The notes beneath the pieces were generated by a model. It saw only the letters and a program-made list of their open reading frames with translations, did not search any database and was not told the DNA's origin. From Acidimicrobiia bacterium (GTDB taxonomy: Bacteria > Actinomycetota > Acidimicrobiia > Spongiisociales > ZC4RG35), in the NCBI GenBank assembly GCA_965203555.1, contig CBDBCY010000004.1, positions 288,001-352,000 of the forward strand: a stretch of DNA of 64,000 nucleotides, given 5' to 3'. How positions within the stretch are numbered: position 1 is the first letter of the stretch; every line of letters begins with the position of its first letter. Of the stretch, positions 40,187 to 49,633 are shown piece after piece. Position numbers and translations under genes: made by a program.

Positions 40187-41313
40187 GGCGGGAAGGCGGA
40201 GATGATCCCTTCCCGGGTCTGTGCCCACGCCCGGTGGTTGAGATCCAAAAAGCCCAGGTGTCCTCCCCGGTCGAGGATCAGGGTCTGGACCCGATCACCA
40301 GCCGCCGAAGCCTCCCTGGCGTAGCCGGTGGAATGCTCGGATGAGACGATGTCGTCGTTGACGGCGTGGATCATGAGCGTCTCGACGCCCAGGGGCAGCA
40401 GACGGCGGGGCGAACCCGCCGCCGGATCCTGGCCCCGCAGGTAGGCGCGATCCAGGTCACTGTCACGGCGCAGGACGGTGATGCCGGCCATCGACACCGC
40501 CAGCCTGGGAGCGTGGCCCCATCTGCGCCACCAAAGCGAGGCCATCAAAGCCAGATTCCCGCCCGCCGAGTGACCGACCAGCGCAACCCGGTCCGCATCC
40601 AATTCCGGACGTGACTCGATCAGGCGGCGAGCCTGTCGGGTCGTTTCGATGGTGACCGGAAACCGCCCGCCACGATGAGGCGGCAGGTACTCGAAGTTGT
40701 AGGTGGCGTATCCCCGAGCGGCCAGGTCCACCGCCATTGCGTCCAGTTGGTCCCGGCGCCACTGGCCCATCCATCCTCCACCGTGGAGCAGCACCACCAC
40801 CGGAAACCGTCCCGGACCCGGAGGCGCCCGCAGGTCGCCCACCGCGCCGGCATCACCCATGATTTGTTCAGGGTTGCCCAGGCGCCGGTAGTGGAGGTGC
40901 CGGATGCCCCACAAATACCCCTCGATTCCTCGCCCGTAGATGGTCCGTACGCATGATGACGACACCACCGAGCGCCGCCGCCAGGGTTCTCTCTCCATAA
41001 TGTTGGAGATGTGGACCTCCACAGTGGGGATCTCCACCGCGGCCACGGCATCGGCCAACGCTCGTGAGTAGTGGGTGAAGGCGCCCGGGTTGATCAGCAC
41101 CCCGTCGGTCTGTCCCCGCAGGCCGTGCAGGTGGTCGATGACGGCCCCTTCGTGGTTGGACTGGAAATGCGACATCTCGGCGCCCACCGCCCGTCCCCAG
41201 GCCGTCAGCAACCGCTCCAACCGCTCCAGGGTCGTATAACCGTAAACCTGTGGTTGACGGCGCCCCAGCAAGTTGAGGTTAGGCCCGTTTATCACCGCGA
41301 TGCGCATACTCAC
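40183..41313 (-). CDS. aroQ: type II 3-dehydroquinate dehydratase fused to an alpha/beta hydrolase
   Basis: N-terminal GPNLNLLG.R.P.VYG, QSNHEG, NPGAFTHYS, EVHISN; C-terminal HGGGW, GHSAG, D and H triad candidates. Confidence 0.9.
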   Translation of the reverse strand: MSMRIAVINGPNLNLLGRRQPQVYGYTTLERLERLLTAWGRAVGAEMSHFQSNHEGAVIDHLHGLRGQTDGVLINPGAFTHYSRALADAVAAVEIPTVEVHISNIMEREPWRRRSVVSSSCVRTIYGRGIEGYLWGIRHLHYRRLGNPEQIMGDAGAVGDLRAPPGPGRFPVVVLLHGGGWMGQWRRDQLDAMAVDLAARGYATYNFEYLPPHRGGRFPVTIETTRQARRLIESRPELDADRVALVGHSAGGNLALMASLWWRRWGHAPRLAVSMAGITVLRRDSDLDRAYLRGQDPAAGSPRRLLPLGVETLMIHAVNDDIVSSEHSTGYAREASAAGDRVQTLILDRGGHLGFLDLNHRAWAQTREGIISAFPP

Positions 41314-41324
41314 AGGTCCCGAGG

Positions 41325-42116
41325 CTACTCCACCGGGGTCGGCCGAGATGCAGGCAAGTGATCGGGCAGGAGACGATTAGCCAACCGTAGAGTCTGCGGG
41401 TCGAGGCTGCGATGGGAGAGGGCGGCGCGAGAGGCCAGTCGGGCCAGCAGCGACCTGCACACCTCAGCGGTAGTTACGTCTGGGCAGACCGAGTTGAGGG
41501 ACCCTGTGGCGGCCGGATCCCAGTCGAAGGAAAGCTCTCGATACACGGAGGAGAGCACCGCATTGATCGGCGCCCGCCCGAACACCACCACCACCCCTCC
41601 TACGTGAGCCACCCCCCGGCGCAGGCGCTGGCCCACTCCCATCACCTTGACGCGACCTCCCAGGTTCACGCTGTACCGTCCCGGGCAATACTCCCCGGGC
41701 ACTTCGCCCACCCGGGCGTCGAATCCCAGGTTGTGCAGGGCCTCGGTCACGATTCTGTCGATCTCGGTAAACCGCAGGGTGATGTCGCGGATGGGATCTG
41801 CGGTGGGGATCGCCCAAGAGAACGCCAGGGTGCCCTCGTGAAATACCGCCGCCCGGCCACCCGCCAATCTCTCCACAGCCTCGAAACCCTCCTTCCGGCA
41901 CGCCGCCACCGCGGCCCGGTAGCCCGGAGCCACCATGTCCTGACGCCCAAACGCTACCACCCTCCCCGGTGTGTAGAGGCGAAAGGTCTCACCCGCCCGC
42001 CCGGTGGACACCTCCTCCAAGATGGCGGCGGACACCGCAGTGTCAAGCGCCGGGTTGTCGGGATGGGAGTCCTCGATCACGGTGATGGAACGCCGGTGTG
42101 AGTTGTCAGCAGTCAT
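41325..42116 (-). CDS. lipoate-protein ligase family (LipL/LplA-like)
   Basis: FGRQD, RLAGGRAAV, GEVPGEYCPG.YSV, KVMGVGQR. Confidence 0.85.
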   Translation of the reverse strand: MTADNSHRRSITVIEDSHPDNPALDTAVSAAILEEVSTGRAGETFRLYTPGRVVAFGRQDMVAPGYRAAVAACRKEGFEAVERLAGGRAAVFHEGTLAFSWAIPTADPIRDITLRFTEIDRIVTEALHNLGFDARVGEVPGEYCPGRYSVNLGGRVKVMGVGQRLRRGVAHVGGVVVVFGRAPINAVLSSVYRELSFDWDPAATGSLNSVCPDVTTAEVCRSLLARLASRAALSHRSLDPQTLRLANRLLPDHLPASRPTPVE

Positions 42117-42326
42117 TGCCGACAGAAGTTAGAGGCACACATGCGGGAAAGAGGCCGCATTTGCCGGCGCTGCAACAAAGTGGGGGCGTTCAACCCCTTC
42201 CGACGACACGCAAGCTATTCCCCACAGCTTACGGACCTGCCGCCCGCAACCTTGAGATCCGGCACGGGCTCCGCGACGGCCGCGGCCCGGTTCCCATAGC
42301 TGCCAGGCCCCATTAATCTGGCCCTC

Positions 42327-44216
42327 ATGTGGCATGGTTGGTACGGGTACATGCGGAGCCTTGGAGAGTCTCCTCCTGCGGTAGATCGGAAGTTGTTGAG
42401 GAGGGTGGCAGGCTATGGGCGGCCCTACCTGACTCAACTGGTGGGGGTGCTGGTGACGGTAGTGGTCATCTCCGGGCTGTCGGTGGTTCCTCCCATCCTG
42501 ATACGGCTTCTGATCGACGAGGCGATACCGGAAGGAAATCTGGTGGCTCTCACCTGGCTGGGAGCGGGGATGGTGGCGGTCCCGGTGGTGAGCGCCGGGG
42601 TGGGCATCGTGCAGCGCTGGTGGTCCGCCCGGGCCGGAGAGGGCATCATCTTCGACCTGCGCCGGGGGCTCTACGCCCATCTGCAGCGCATGTCGCTGGG
42701 GTTTTTCACCAACACCCGCACCGGTGAACTCATTTCACGCATCCAAAGCGACGTAGTGGGCGCCCAGCACGCCATCACCGGCACCTTCGTCACCATCCTT
42801 TCCAATCTGGTGTCGGTGGCCGCCATCCTGACGGTGCTGATCGGCGCCGATTGGAGATTGACGCTGATGGCGGTGGCGGCGTTGCCGCTGTTCATCGCTC
42901 CCGCTCGACGGGTGGCGCGATCGCTGCGAGCGGTCACGGAACGCCAGATGAAACACAACGCCAACATGTCCTCCATCCTCCAGGAGACCTTCAACGTGTC
43001 GGGCGCCTTGCTGGTGAAGCTTTTCGACCGGGGCAGGCGCGAATTGGGGCGCTTTTCCGAGGAGGCGGCCGGGGTGCGGGACCTGGGCGTGAGAAGCGCT
43101 CTGATCGGTACCGGGTTCCAGGCCGCCATGGGAGCGATCAGCGCCCTGGGAACGGCGGCGGTGTTCTGGGTGGGTGGCTGGATGGTGATCGAAGGCCACA
43201 TCTCGCTGGGCACGGTGGTGATGTTCTCGACGCTTCTGGCCCAGCTCTACGGTCCGCTGACGGCTCTCTCCAACACACGGGTGGAGTTCGCCACCTCGCT
43301 GGTCTCCTTCGAGCGGGTATTCCAGGTTCTCGACATTGAACTGGATCTGCCCGAGGCTGCGGACGCACAGGATTTGAGCGATGTCTCCGGGGAACTCGAA
43401 TTCGACGGGGTGTGGTTCCAGTACCCCTCAGAACGGCTGGAGGGAATCGGCGCCGCCCGGCGCTTCACCCCCTGGGACACCCTGTCCCTGGAAGAGGACC
43501 TCGACGATCAGGGTCTGGTTTCCACACGGGAGTGGGCGCTTCGGGACATATCCTTTCGAGTTCCCCCCGGGGCGTTGGTGGCGGTGGTGGGACCGTCGGG
43601 CGCCGGCAAGACCACCCTGTCCTATCTGGTTCCCAGGCTGTACGAGGTGAACCGGGGAACGGTCAGCATCGACGGCCATGACGTGCGGGGTCTGACCTTC
43701 TCCGCCCTGGCCGCGGCGGTGGGAGAAGTGACACAGGAGACGTATCTGTTGCATGACACGATCGCCGCCAACCTGCGGTACGCGGCGCCCGAGGCCACCG
43801 ATGAGCAGTTGCTGGAGGCTTTGGAGACGGCCAATCTCACCGAACTGATCACCGCGCTGCCCAACGGCCTGGGCACTGTGGTGGGTGAACGGGGCTACCG
43901 GCTGTCGGGCGGCGAGAAACAGCGGGTGGCCATCGCCCGGGTGATCCTGAAGAACCCCGCCATCCTTATTCTCGACGAGGCCACCTCCCATCTCGACACC
44001 CGCTCCGAAGCCTTGATACAGGAGGCATTGGAACGCCTGATGAAGAAAAGAACCTCGCTGGTGATCGCCCATCGCCTCTCCACGGTCAAAGCGGCCGATC
44101 TGATCCTGGTGATCGACCGGGGACAGCTGGTGGAACACGGCACCCACCGCGAACTCCTTGATTTGGGGGGTCTGTACGCCACTCTCTATCAAACCCAGTT
44201 CCAGCCGGTCGGCTAG
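42327..44216 (+). CDS. ABC exporter, fused permease/ATPase
   Basis: TMD with FF...RTGEL.SR..D; GPSGAGKT, LSGGEKQR, ILDEATSHLD, IAHRLST. Confidence 0.95.
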   Translation: MWHGWYGYMRSLGESPPAVDRKLLRRVAGYGRPYLTQLVGVLVTVVVISGLSVVPPILIRLLIDEAIPEGNLVALTWLGAGMVAVPVVSAGVGIVQRWWSARAGEGIIFDLRRGLYAHLQRMSLGFFTNTRTGELISRIQSDVVGAQHAITGTFVTILSNLVSVAAILTVLIGADWRLTLMAVAALPLFIAPARRVARSLRAVTERQMKHNANMSSILQETFNVSGALLVKLFDRGRRELGRFSEEAAGVRDLGVRSALIGTGFQAAMGAISALGTAAVFWVGGWMVIEGHISLGTVVMFSTLLAQLYGPLTALSNTRVEFATSLVSFERVFQVLDIELDLPEAADAQDLSDVSGELEFDGVWFQYPSERLEGIGAARRFTPWDTLSLEEDLDDQGLVSTREWALRDISFRVPPGALVAVVGPSGAGKTTLSYLVPRLYEVNRGTVSIDGHDVRGLTFSALAAAVGEVTQETYLLHDTIAANLRYAAPEATDEQLLEALETANLTELITALPNGLGTVVGERGYRLSGGEKQRVAIARVILKNPAILILDEATSHLDTRSEALIQEALERLMKKRTSLVIAHRLSTVKAADLILVIDRGQLVEHGTHRELLDLGGLYATLYQTQFQPVG

Positions 44217-44295
44217 GGGATCGAAAAGAGCCTGACAGAAATGGCCCGCAGCCTGCCCGGCAGCCGTTGGGCGGCCAGGACGCCCCCGGGAGAGG

Positions 44296-45342
44296 CTAGT
44301 TGGCGAGTCGGCTCAGCGCGTCCGTGGCCGACCATGCCCGATCGTTCATTCTCCAATGTCGCCAATCGGAAGGGGAAACCGTCAGACCTGCCTCCACCGC
44401 CTGCCCGAGCACCGAGATGAACACCCGCAGTTGGCGGGGGAGCGGGAAGTACTCGTCCTCCTCGGTGATGTGGGCCGGCTCCACGCCGTGCCGGGGCGAC
44501 AGCCTTTCCACCACCTCCTGCACCAGATGTTCGGGCGCCGAAGCGCCGGCGGTGAGACCCACCGTTTCCGCGTCCCGCAACCACTCCTCCAAGATGTCCG
44601 ATGCCCGATCTATGCGGTACGCCACCGTTCCCATTTCGCCGGCCACTCGCACCAGCGCCTGGGTGTTGGAGGAATTCTCCGATCCCACCACCAGGATCAA
44701 GTCACAGTATTCGCTCATTTTCTGCACCACGGATTGGCGGTTGGTGGTGGCGTAGCACAAATCGGAGCGGCGAGCCGTCCACAGCTTGGGAAACCGCCCC
44801 GCTGCCTGGTCGTGCACGGTCCCCCACTCGTGCATCCCCAAGGTGGTCTGTGCCAACAAAGCCACCCGGTCGGGGTCCTTGGCTTGGAATTCCCCCAGTC
44901 CCTCCTCGGGAGTCACCAGGGTGATGGACTGCGGAGATACCGCCATGGTGCCCACCGCCTCATCGTGCTGGCGGTGTCCGATGTAGAGGATGTCGTAACC
45001 GTCCTTGGACATCCGCTTCACCTCGTGGTGGACCTTGGTGACCAGGGGGCAGACCGAGTCGATCACAACGGCAGCCCGGCCGTAGGCGGACTCCACCACC
45101 TGGGGCGCCGAACCGTGAGCCGACAGCATCACCGGCGACCCCGGGGGCACCTCGGAGACGTCGTTGACGAACACCACCCCCGCCATTTCGAACACCCGCA
45201 CCACCCACTCGTTGTGCACGATCTCGTGATAGCAGTAGACGGGTGGCTCGAAAATGCGCACCATCCAGATAAGCGCTTTGATGGCCATCTCGACTCCCGC
45301 GCAAAATCCGCGGGGTTCGGCCAACACCACACGTTCGACCAT
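44296..45342 (-). CDS. ispH: 4-hydroxy-3-methylbut-2-enyl diphosphate reductase
   Basis: PRGFCAGV, HEIVHN, SAHG, CPLVTKVH, QTT, CYATTNRQ, SSN, TAGASAPE. Confidence 0.96.
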   Translation of the reverse strand: MVERVVLAEPRGFCAGVEMAIKALIWMVRIFEPPVYCYHEIVHNEWVVRVFEMAGVVFVNDVSEVPPGSPVMLSAHGSAPQVVESAYGRAAVVIDSVCPLVTKVHHEVKRMSKDGYDILYIGHRQHDEAVGTMAVSPQSITLVTPEEGLGEFQAKDPDRVALLAQTTLGMHEWGTVHDQAAGRFPKLWTARRSDLCYATTNRQSVVQKMSEYCDLILVVGSENSSNTQALVRVAGEMGTVAYRIDRASDILEEWLRDAETVGLTAGASAPEHLVQEVVERLSPRHGVEPAHITEEDEYFPLPRQLRVFISVLGQAVEAGLTVSPSDWRHWRMNDRAWSATDALSRLAN

Positions 45343-45552
45343 ACGGGTTGATGTTAGACGCGTCCCGCCCGCGCAAGCCCGCACCGCCACGGCCTCGCCC
45401 GGGTGCTTCGTGGTCATTCGCCCCGGGGTGTTACACAGGCTCAAGCGCTCACTTCAGCCCGTTGACGCGAACCGAAGCACCATAGATTCAATGAACCTGG
45501 TCGGTTTTCCTGGCACAATCATTGCAATTCGAAGACCCGTAACCTTACGGTC

Positions 45553-46875
45553 ATGATTACAGAGAGGTCGGCCGTGGTGGCGGTGGTGGGCCGACCCAAC
45601 GTGGGCAAGTCCACCCTCATCAACCGGGTGATCGGTCGGCGAGAGGCTGTGGTCCAGTCCCAACCGGGTGTGACCCGTGATCGGCGGATCTTCCCGGCCA
45701 CCTGGGAGGACCGCCGGTTTCTTCTGGTGGACACCGGCGGCTGGGAGATGGATCCTTCCTCTCCCTTCTCGGGGGAGATACGCTTGCAGGCGGAGGCGGC
45801 GGTCAACGGAGCCGACGCGGTGTTGTTCGTGGTGGACGGCACGGCCGCTCTGGGAGATGATGACGAGGGTATGGCGGCGGTGGTCAAAAGAAGCGGGATC
45901 CCGGTGGTGGTGGCCGCCAACAAAATAGACAACCCCCACCGGGAGATGACCGTCTCCGACTACTGGACACTGGGGTTGGGAGAGCCCCATCCGGTCAGCG
46001 CCATTCACGGCAGAGGAGTGGGGGACCTGCTCGATCGGGTGCTGCAGGTCCTGCCCGACCAGGAGACCGCGCCACGGGACGAGCCTCCCCGGATCGCCAT
46101 CGTGGGACGTCCCAACACCGGCAAATCCACTCTGCTCAACCGTCTGTGCGGATCGCAACGGGTGATCGTCTCCAACGTACCCGGCACCACCCGCGACCCG
46201 GTGGACGTGGACGTGGATTTGGACGGAGTCACCTACCGCCTGGTGGACACCGCCGGAATCCGTCGTCGACCCAAGATAACCGAGGACGCCGACTACTACG
46301 CGGTGCTGAGAGCCCGGGACGCCTTGTCCCGCGCCGACGCGGCTCTGCTGGTGGTGGATTCCCTGGACGGCGCCACCTACCAGGACCAAAAGATCGCCAC
46401 TGCGGCGGTGGAGGCCGGAACCGCGGTGGTAGTGCTGCTCAACAAGTGGGACGCCATCGATCCCGAGCAGCGGGAACTCACCGAGAGATCCGTCCCAGCT
46501 CGCCTCGGATTCATCTCCTGGGCGCCGGTGCTGCGCATGTCCGCTCTGACGGGCGCCCGTGTGGGACGTCTGGGCGCAGCGGTGGAGATGGTGCTGGAGA
46601 ATGCCGAACAACGGGTCTCCACCGGAGAACTGAACCGGCTGGTAGCCGACTGGGTGGCCGCGCAACCACCCCCGCCCCGCAAGGGTCGTCGGTGCAGGAT
46701 CAGGTACGCGGTGCAAGTCGGAACCCGACCTCCCACCATCGTGCTGTTCACCGTGGGCGGGAAGCTGGCGCCCGAGTACATTCGATACTTGGAGAGGAAA
46801 CTTCGGGAACAATACGATCTGGTCGGCACCCCGGTCCGGTTCGTAACCCGCCGCAGAACGAGAGAATCGAAGTGA
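45553..46875 (+). CDS. der: ribosome biogenesis GTPase Der
   Basis: Two GTPase domains (GRPNVGKS..DTGG..NKID; GRPNTGKS..DTAG..NKWD) and a KH-like C-terminus. Confidence 0.97.
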   Translation: MITERSAVVAVVGRPNVGKSTLINRVIGRREAVVQSQPGVTRDRRIFPATWEDRRFLLVDTGGWEMDPSSPFSGEIRLQAEAAVNGADAVLFVVDGTAALGDDDEGMAAVVKRSGIPVVVAANKIDNPHREMTVSDYWTLGLGEPHPVSAIHGRGVGDLLDRVLQVLPDQETAPRDEPPRIAIVGRPNTGKSTLLNRLCGSQRVIVSNVPGTTRDPVDVDVDLDGVTYRLVDTAGIRRRPKITEDADYYAVLRARDALSRADAALLVVDSLDGATYQDQKIATAAVEAGTAVVVLLNKWDAIDPEQRELTERSVPARLGFISWAPVLRMSALTGARVGRLGAAVEMVLENAEQRVSTGELNRLVADWVAAQPPPPRKGRRCRIRYAVQVGTRPPTIVLFTVGGKLAPEYIRYLERKLREQYDLVGTPVRFVTRRRTRESK

Positions 46876-47033
46876 ACAGGAATGACCCTTATCTTCCCGA
46901 GGCGGACGGGCCACCCGAGGAAAAAGAGTCCTATCCGGTCGGATTCAAAATAGCGGTGGGATTGACCGCCATTTATCTTCTCTGGCGCTTGGCGCAGGGC
47001 GTCCTGTGGCTGATCTCCCGCATGTTCGGTTGA
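46872..47033 (+). CDS. 53-aa membrane peptide coupled to der
   Basis: GTGA overlap with the der stop; MNRNDPYLPEADGPPEEKESYPVGFKIAVGLTAIYLLWRLAQGVLWLISRMFG (acidic N-terminus plus TM). Confidence 0.65.
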   Translation: MNRNDPYLPEADGPPEEKESYPVGFKIAVGLTAIYLLWRLAQGVLWLISRMFG

Positions 47034-47093
47034 AATCATGCCGATCCGCCCGGTGAGACAGACCTCCTCCTTCACCAACACCGTGCTTTTGCC

Positions 47094-47597
47094 ATGGCTC
47101 TGATAGGTTCCAGGGAGAACCCAAAGCCGCGCCGCGCCGCTCGAATCCTGCTGCTCGACACTTCGGGAAAGCTGTTGCTGTTTCGCGTAGCACCTACCAC
47201 ACAGCCGGACCGCGTCTTCTGGTTAACCCCGGGTGGAGGACTGAAGCCGGGCGAAACATATCAAGAGGCAGCCTTGCGTGAGTTGTGGGAAGAGACCGGA
47301 TTGTCCGGAGTGAAACTGGGCCCCTGCATTTGGAGGAGGCAACACGTCTGGGAATGGGACTATGTCTGGTACGAGAACCGGGAGAGATTCTTCCTCCTCC
47401 AGGTTCCTCGATTTCAAGTCGTCCCGAATGCTCCGGACGAACTCTACGGAGAACCCATCCTGGATCACCGGTGGTGGAGCCTGGCTGAGATCAAGGCGGC
47501 GGTGGGCGTCAAGTTCTCACCCAGGCGTCTGGGCGACCTGGCGGCGCCCATCGTGGCCGGGAATCTTCCGCCCGCGCCGATCGACGTGGGCACTTGA
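47094..47597 (+). CDS. NUDIX hydrolase
   Basis: PGGGLKPGETYQEAALRELWEETG Nudix box. Confidence 0.93.
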   Translation: MALIGSRENPKPRRAARILLLDTSGKLLLFRVAPTTQPDRVFWLTPGGGLKPGETYQEAALRELWEETGLSGVKLGPCIWRRQHVWEWDYVWYENRERFFLLQVPRFQVVPNAPDELYGEPILDHRWWSLAEIKAAVGVKFSPRRLGDLAAPIVAGNLPPAPIDVGT

Positions 47598-47718
47598 CCA
47601 GTGGGTTCTCGCCCGATCCTGCGACAGTTCCAAGGAGGGTCCGACGTGCCCCGATCGCCGAGGTGCCCGTGAGTCGACACCCGGAGGTCGACTCCTACCA
47701 GAGATGAGGGAGCATCAG

Positions 47719-47792
47719 TCGGGCTGGCCGGATTTGAACCGGCGACCTCTTGACCCCCAGTCAAGCGCGCTGCCATGCTGCGCCACAGCCCG
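47719..47792 (-). tRNA. tRNA-Pro(GGG)
   Basis: Reverse complement CGGGCTGTGGCGCAGCATGGCAGCGCG-CTTGA-CTGGGGG-TCAAG..TTCAAAT..CAGCCCGA. Confidence 0.96.
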
Positions 47793-47853
47793 GACCCGCT
47801 AGATGCTAACAGGAGGGGAGAACCATCTCCTCACAGGTAAAATGAGCAGGCCG

Positions 47854-47927
47854 GGGCCCGTAGCTCAAGAGGTCAGAGCAGCGGACTCATAATCCGTTGG
47901 TTGCAGGTTCGAGTCCTGCCGGGCCCA
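47854..47927 (+). tRNA. tRNA with CAT anticodon, probably tRNA-Ile2 (lysidine-modified)
   Basis: GGGCCCG/CGGGCCC acceptor; GCGGA-CTCATAA-TCCGT; G1-C72 pair excludes initiator; resembles ileX-type tRNAs. Confidence 0.88.
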
Positions 47928-47997
47928 CACCGTTTCATCCCGTTTCCTGGGATTACAGGCATTACCAAACACCAGGGTCAGATGCGATATCTCTTGG

Positions 47998-48378
47998 TTG
48001 CGGCACGGGACCCTGGCCGGGCGGGCCGCAACCCAGGCAGAGGTTGCACAGGCCGAGGCGCGGCTGGCCGCGGCATGGACTCTGCTGCTTGACGCGATGG
48101 ATCACACCTTTCAGGACGCGCGGGCGGGACGGTCCTCGACCATGGACCAGAGACGCCGGATCCGGCTGGCGGCGACCCATGCCACCCAGACGGCGGCCGA
48201 TGTGGCGGCGTCGATGTTCAGGACCGCGGGCGGCGCCGCGGTGTATCGCACGAGCCCGATCCAGCGCTGCTTCCGGGACGCCGCGGTGGCGGCCCAGCAC
48301 GCCATGGTGGCACCGAGAACGATGGAGACCCTGGGCCGCATGCGCCTGGGTCTCGACACCGAAACGTCAACTCTGTGA
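47998..48378 (+). pseudogene. C-terminal fragment of an acyl-CoA dehydrogenase-fold flavin monooxygenase (HsaA-like)
   Basis: Q..VA.AEA.L.AA..RLAATHA..AGG.AVY..SPIQR.FRDA..AAQH; N-terminal two-thirds absent. Confidence 0.75.
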
Positions 48379-48471
48379 TCGGACAGTTACGCAGTCGCCG
48401 TCGGTGTGAGCGTCCCGTGGAGGCTGTGGGGTCCGGCTGCGAGCCTGGGGATGGTCAACCACCACCCGTGA

Positions 48472-48783
48472 TCAGCTTTCTCCCATGCTTCGTTTCACGG
48501 ATTCGGACGCCAACTCAGTAGCCAGGTCGGTAAGCCAGGTCCGGTAGCCATCCTTTTCCAGCATCATCCGCGCCTTGTTCCGATCGATGGAGTTGCGCTT
48601 GGCCCGAAGGAAGTCGTCCACCTGCAATCCCGGAATCTCCTCCGCCGCTTCGATGAGCCGGCTGGCGCCCTCGATAAGCCGGAACGAACCGTATATCGCC
48701 CTCTCATCGAGGCTGACACGGGCGGAGGTGATCAGATAGAGGACAAAGTCGAATAAAGGATCGTCGCGCTTGGCTTCGCTCAC
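48472..48783 (-). CDS. DUF6092-like protein
   Basis: LF.FVLYLITSAR..LDE..IYG.FRLIEGASRL; GTG start overlapping the nitroreductase stop. Confidence 0.7.
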   Translation of the reverse strand: MSEAKRDDPLFDFVLYLITSARVSLDERAIYGSFRLIEGASRLIEAAEEIPGLQVDDFLRAKRNSIDRNKARMMLEKDGYRTWLTDLATELASESVKRSMGES

Positions 48784-49361
48784 CGTGCCTCGCTCCAATC
48801 CTGCCCGTAGAGGTTGTGGTGGACAGTGGGGTGGAAACCCTTGACGGGCTTGGGGTGATTTGCTACGGGAATCCCGATCGCCATCAGGACTTCCGGCCTT
48901 ATGTGGTCCGGAAGGCCAAAGATGGCTTGGACCACCTCCTCTGTCCAACTCGTGACCTTGCATACACCGATCCCGAGCGTGGGAGCGGCGATAGTAATGT
49001 AGCCGGCCGCGGCGCCGGAGTCGAGCCGTGTGACGACCTCGACTCCTCGCGGACCCATGACTTCCGCAGCCTTTTCGAGGTCGCTGCAGATAACGATGAC
49101 CGCGGGTGCGTTGTTCACGAAGCCTGGACAGGCATGCCGTACCGTCCGTACCAGCCGCGGGTCGGTGACGACGATAAGATGCCGGATACCCGGGCGGGCT
49201 ACCTGAGCTCGGCCGGCCGCGTAGACAAGTCGATCGAGGACGTCGGTGCTCGGAGGTTCGGAAGTGAAAACGCGGTGCATCCGGCGAAGACGCATGGCCT
49301 CGAACACGGTATCCGCCGGGCTGCCACTCCTATCGGGTACGTTTTCGGTCACCGGCACCAT
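48780..49361 (-). CDS. nitroreductase family protein
   Basis: VFEAM..RR..R.F, NAPAVIVIC, LD.GAA, LGIG.C, LP..RP..L.AIG.P; start uncertain. Confidence 0.82.
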   Translation of the reverse strand: MVPVTENVPDRSGSPADTVFEAMRLRRMHRVFTSEPPSTDVLDRLVYAAGRAQVARPGIRHLIVVTDPRLVRTVRHACPGFVNNAPAVIVICSDLEKAAEVMGPRGVEVVTRLDSGAAAGYITIAAPTLGIGVCKVTSWTEEVVQAIFGLPDHIRPEVLMAIGIPVANHPKPVKGFHPTVHHNLYGQDWSEAR

Positions 49362-49633
49362 GCTACAACCATCCAAACGTCACCCACCTGACCTGACCTG
49401 GCAATGGCCGTTGGCGTTATGGCCGTCGGACAGGGGCGGGCCGCCATTGGATTCCCCACAACACCAAATCGGCCAGGTTCATGTCAATCTGCATGGGCGA
49501 GAATCCGCCCGGAATAGCGCCTGACTCAAGCTGTTTCCGATCACCCATTGGAGCACCTGCGTCACTCCCTGATGCCGGTTCATTCTCTGCTGGCGCCATC
49601 TTCTCAACACCTGTTATTGTGAAACGCTGAGCT

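Noticed and set aside
47854-47927. tRNA-CAT as initiator tRNA-fMet
   Set aside because: Has a G1-C72 pair and lacks three consecutive G-C pairs in the anticodon stem. Elongator Met is not fully excluded, but the sequence fits Ile2 better.
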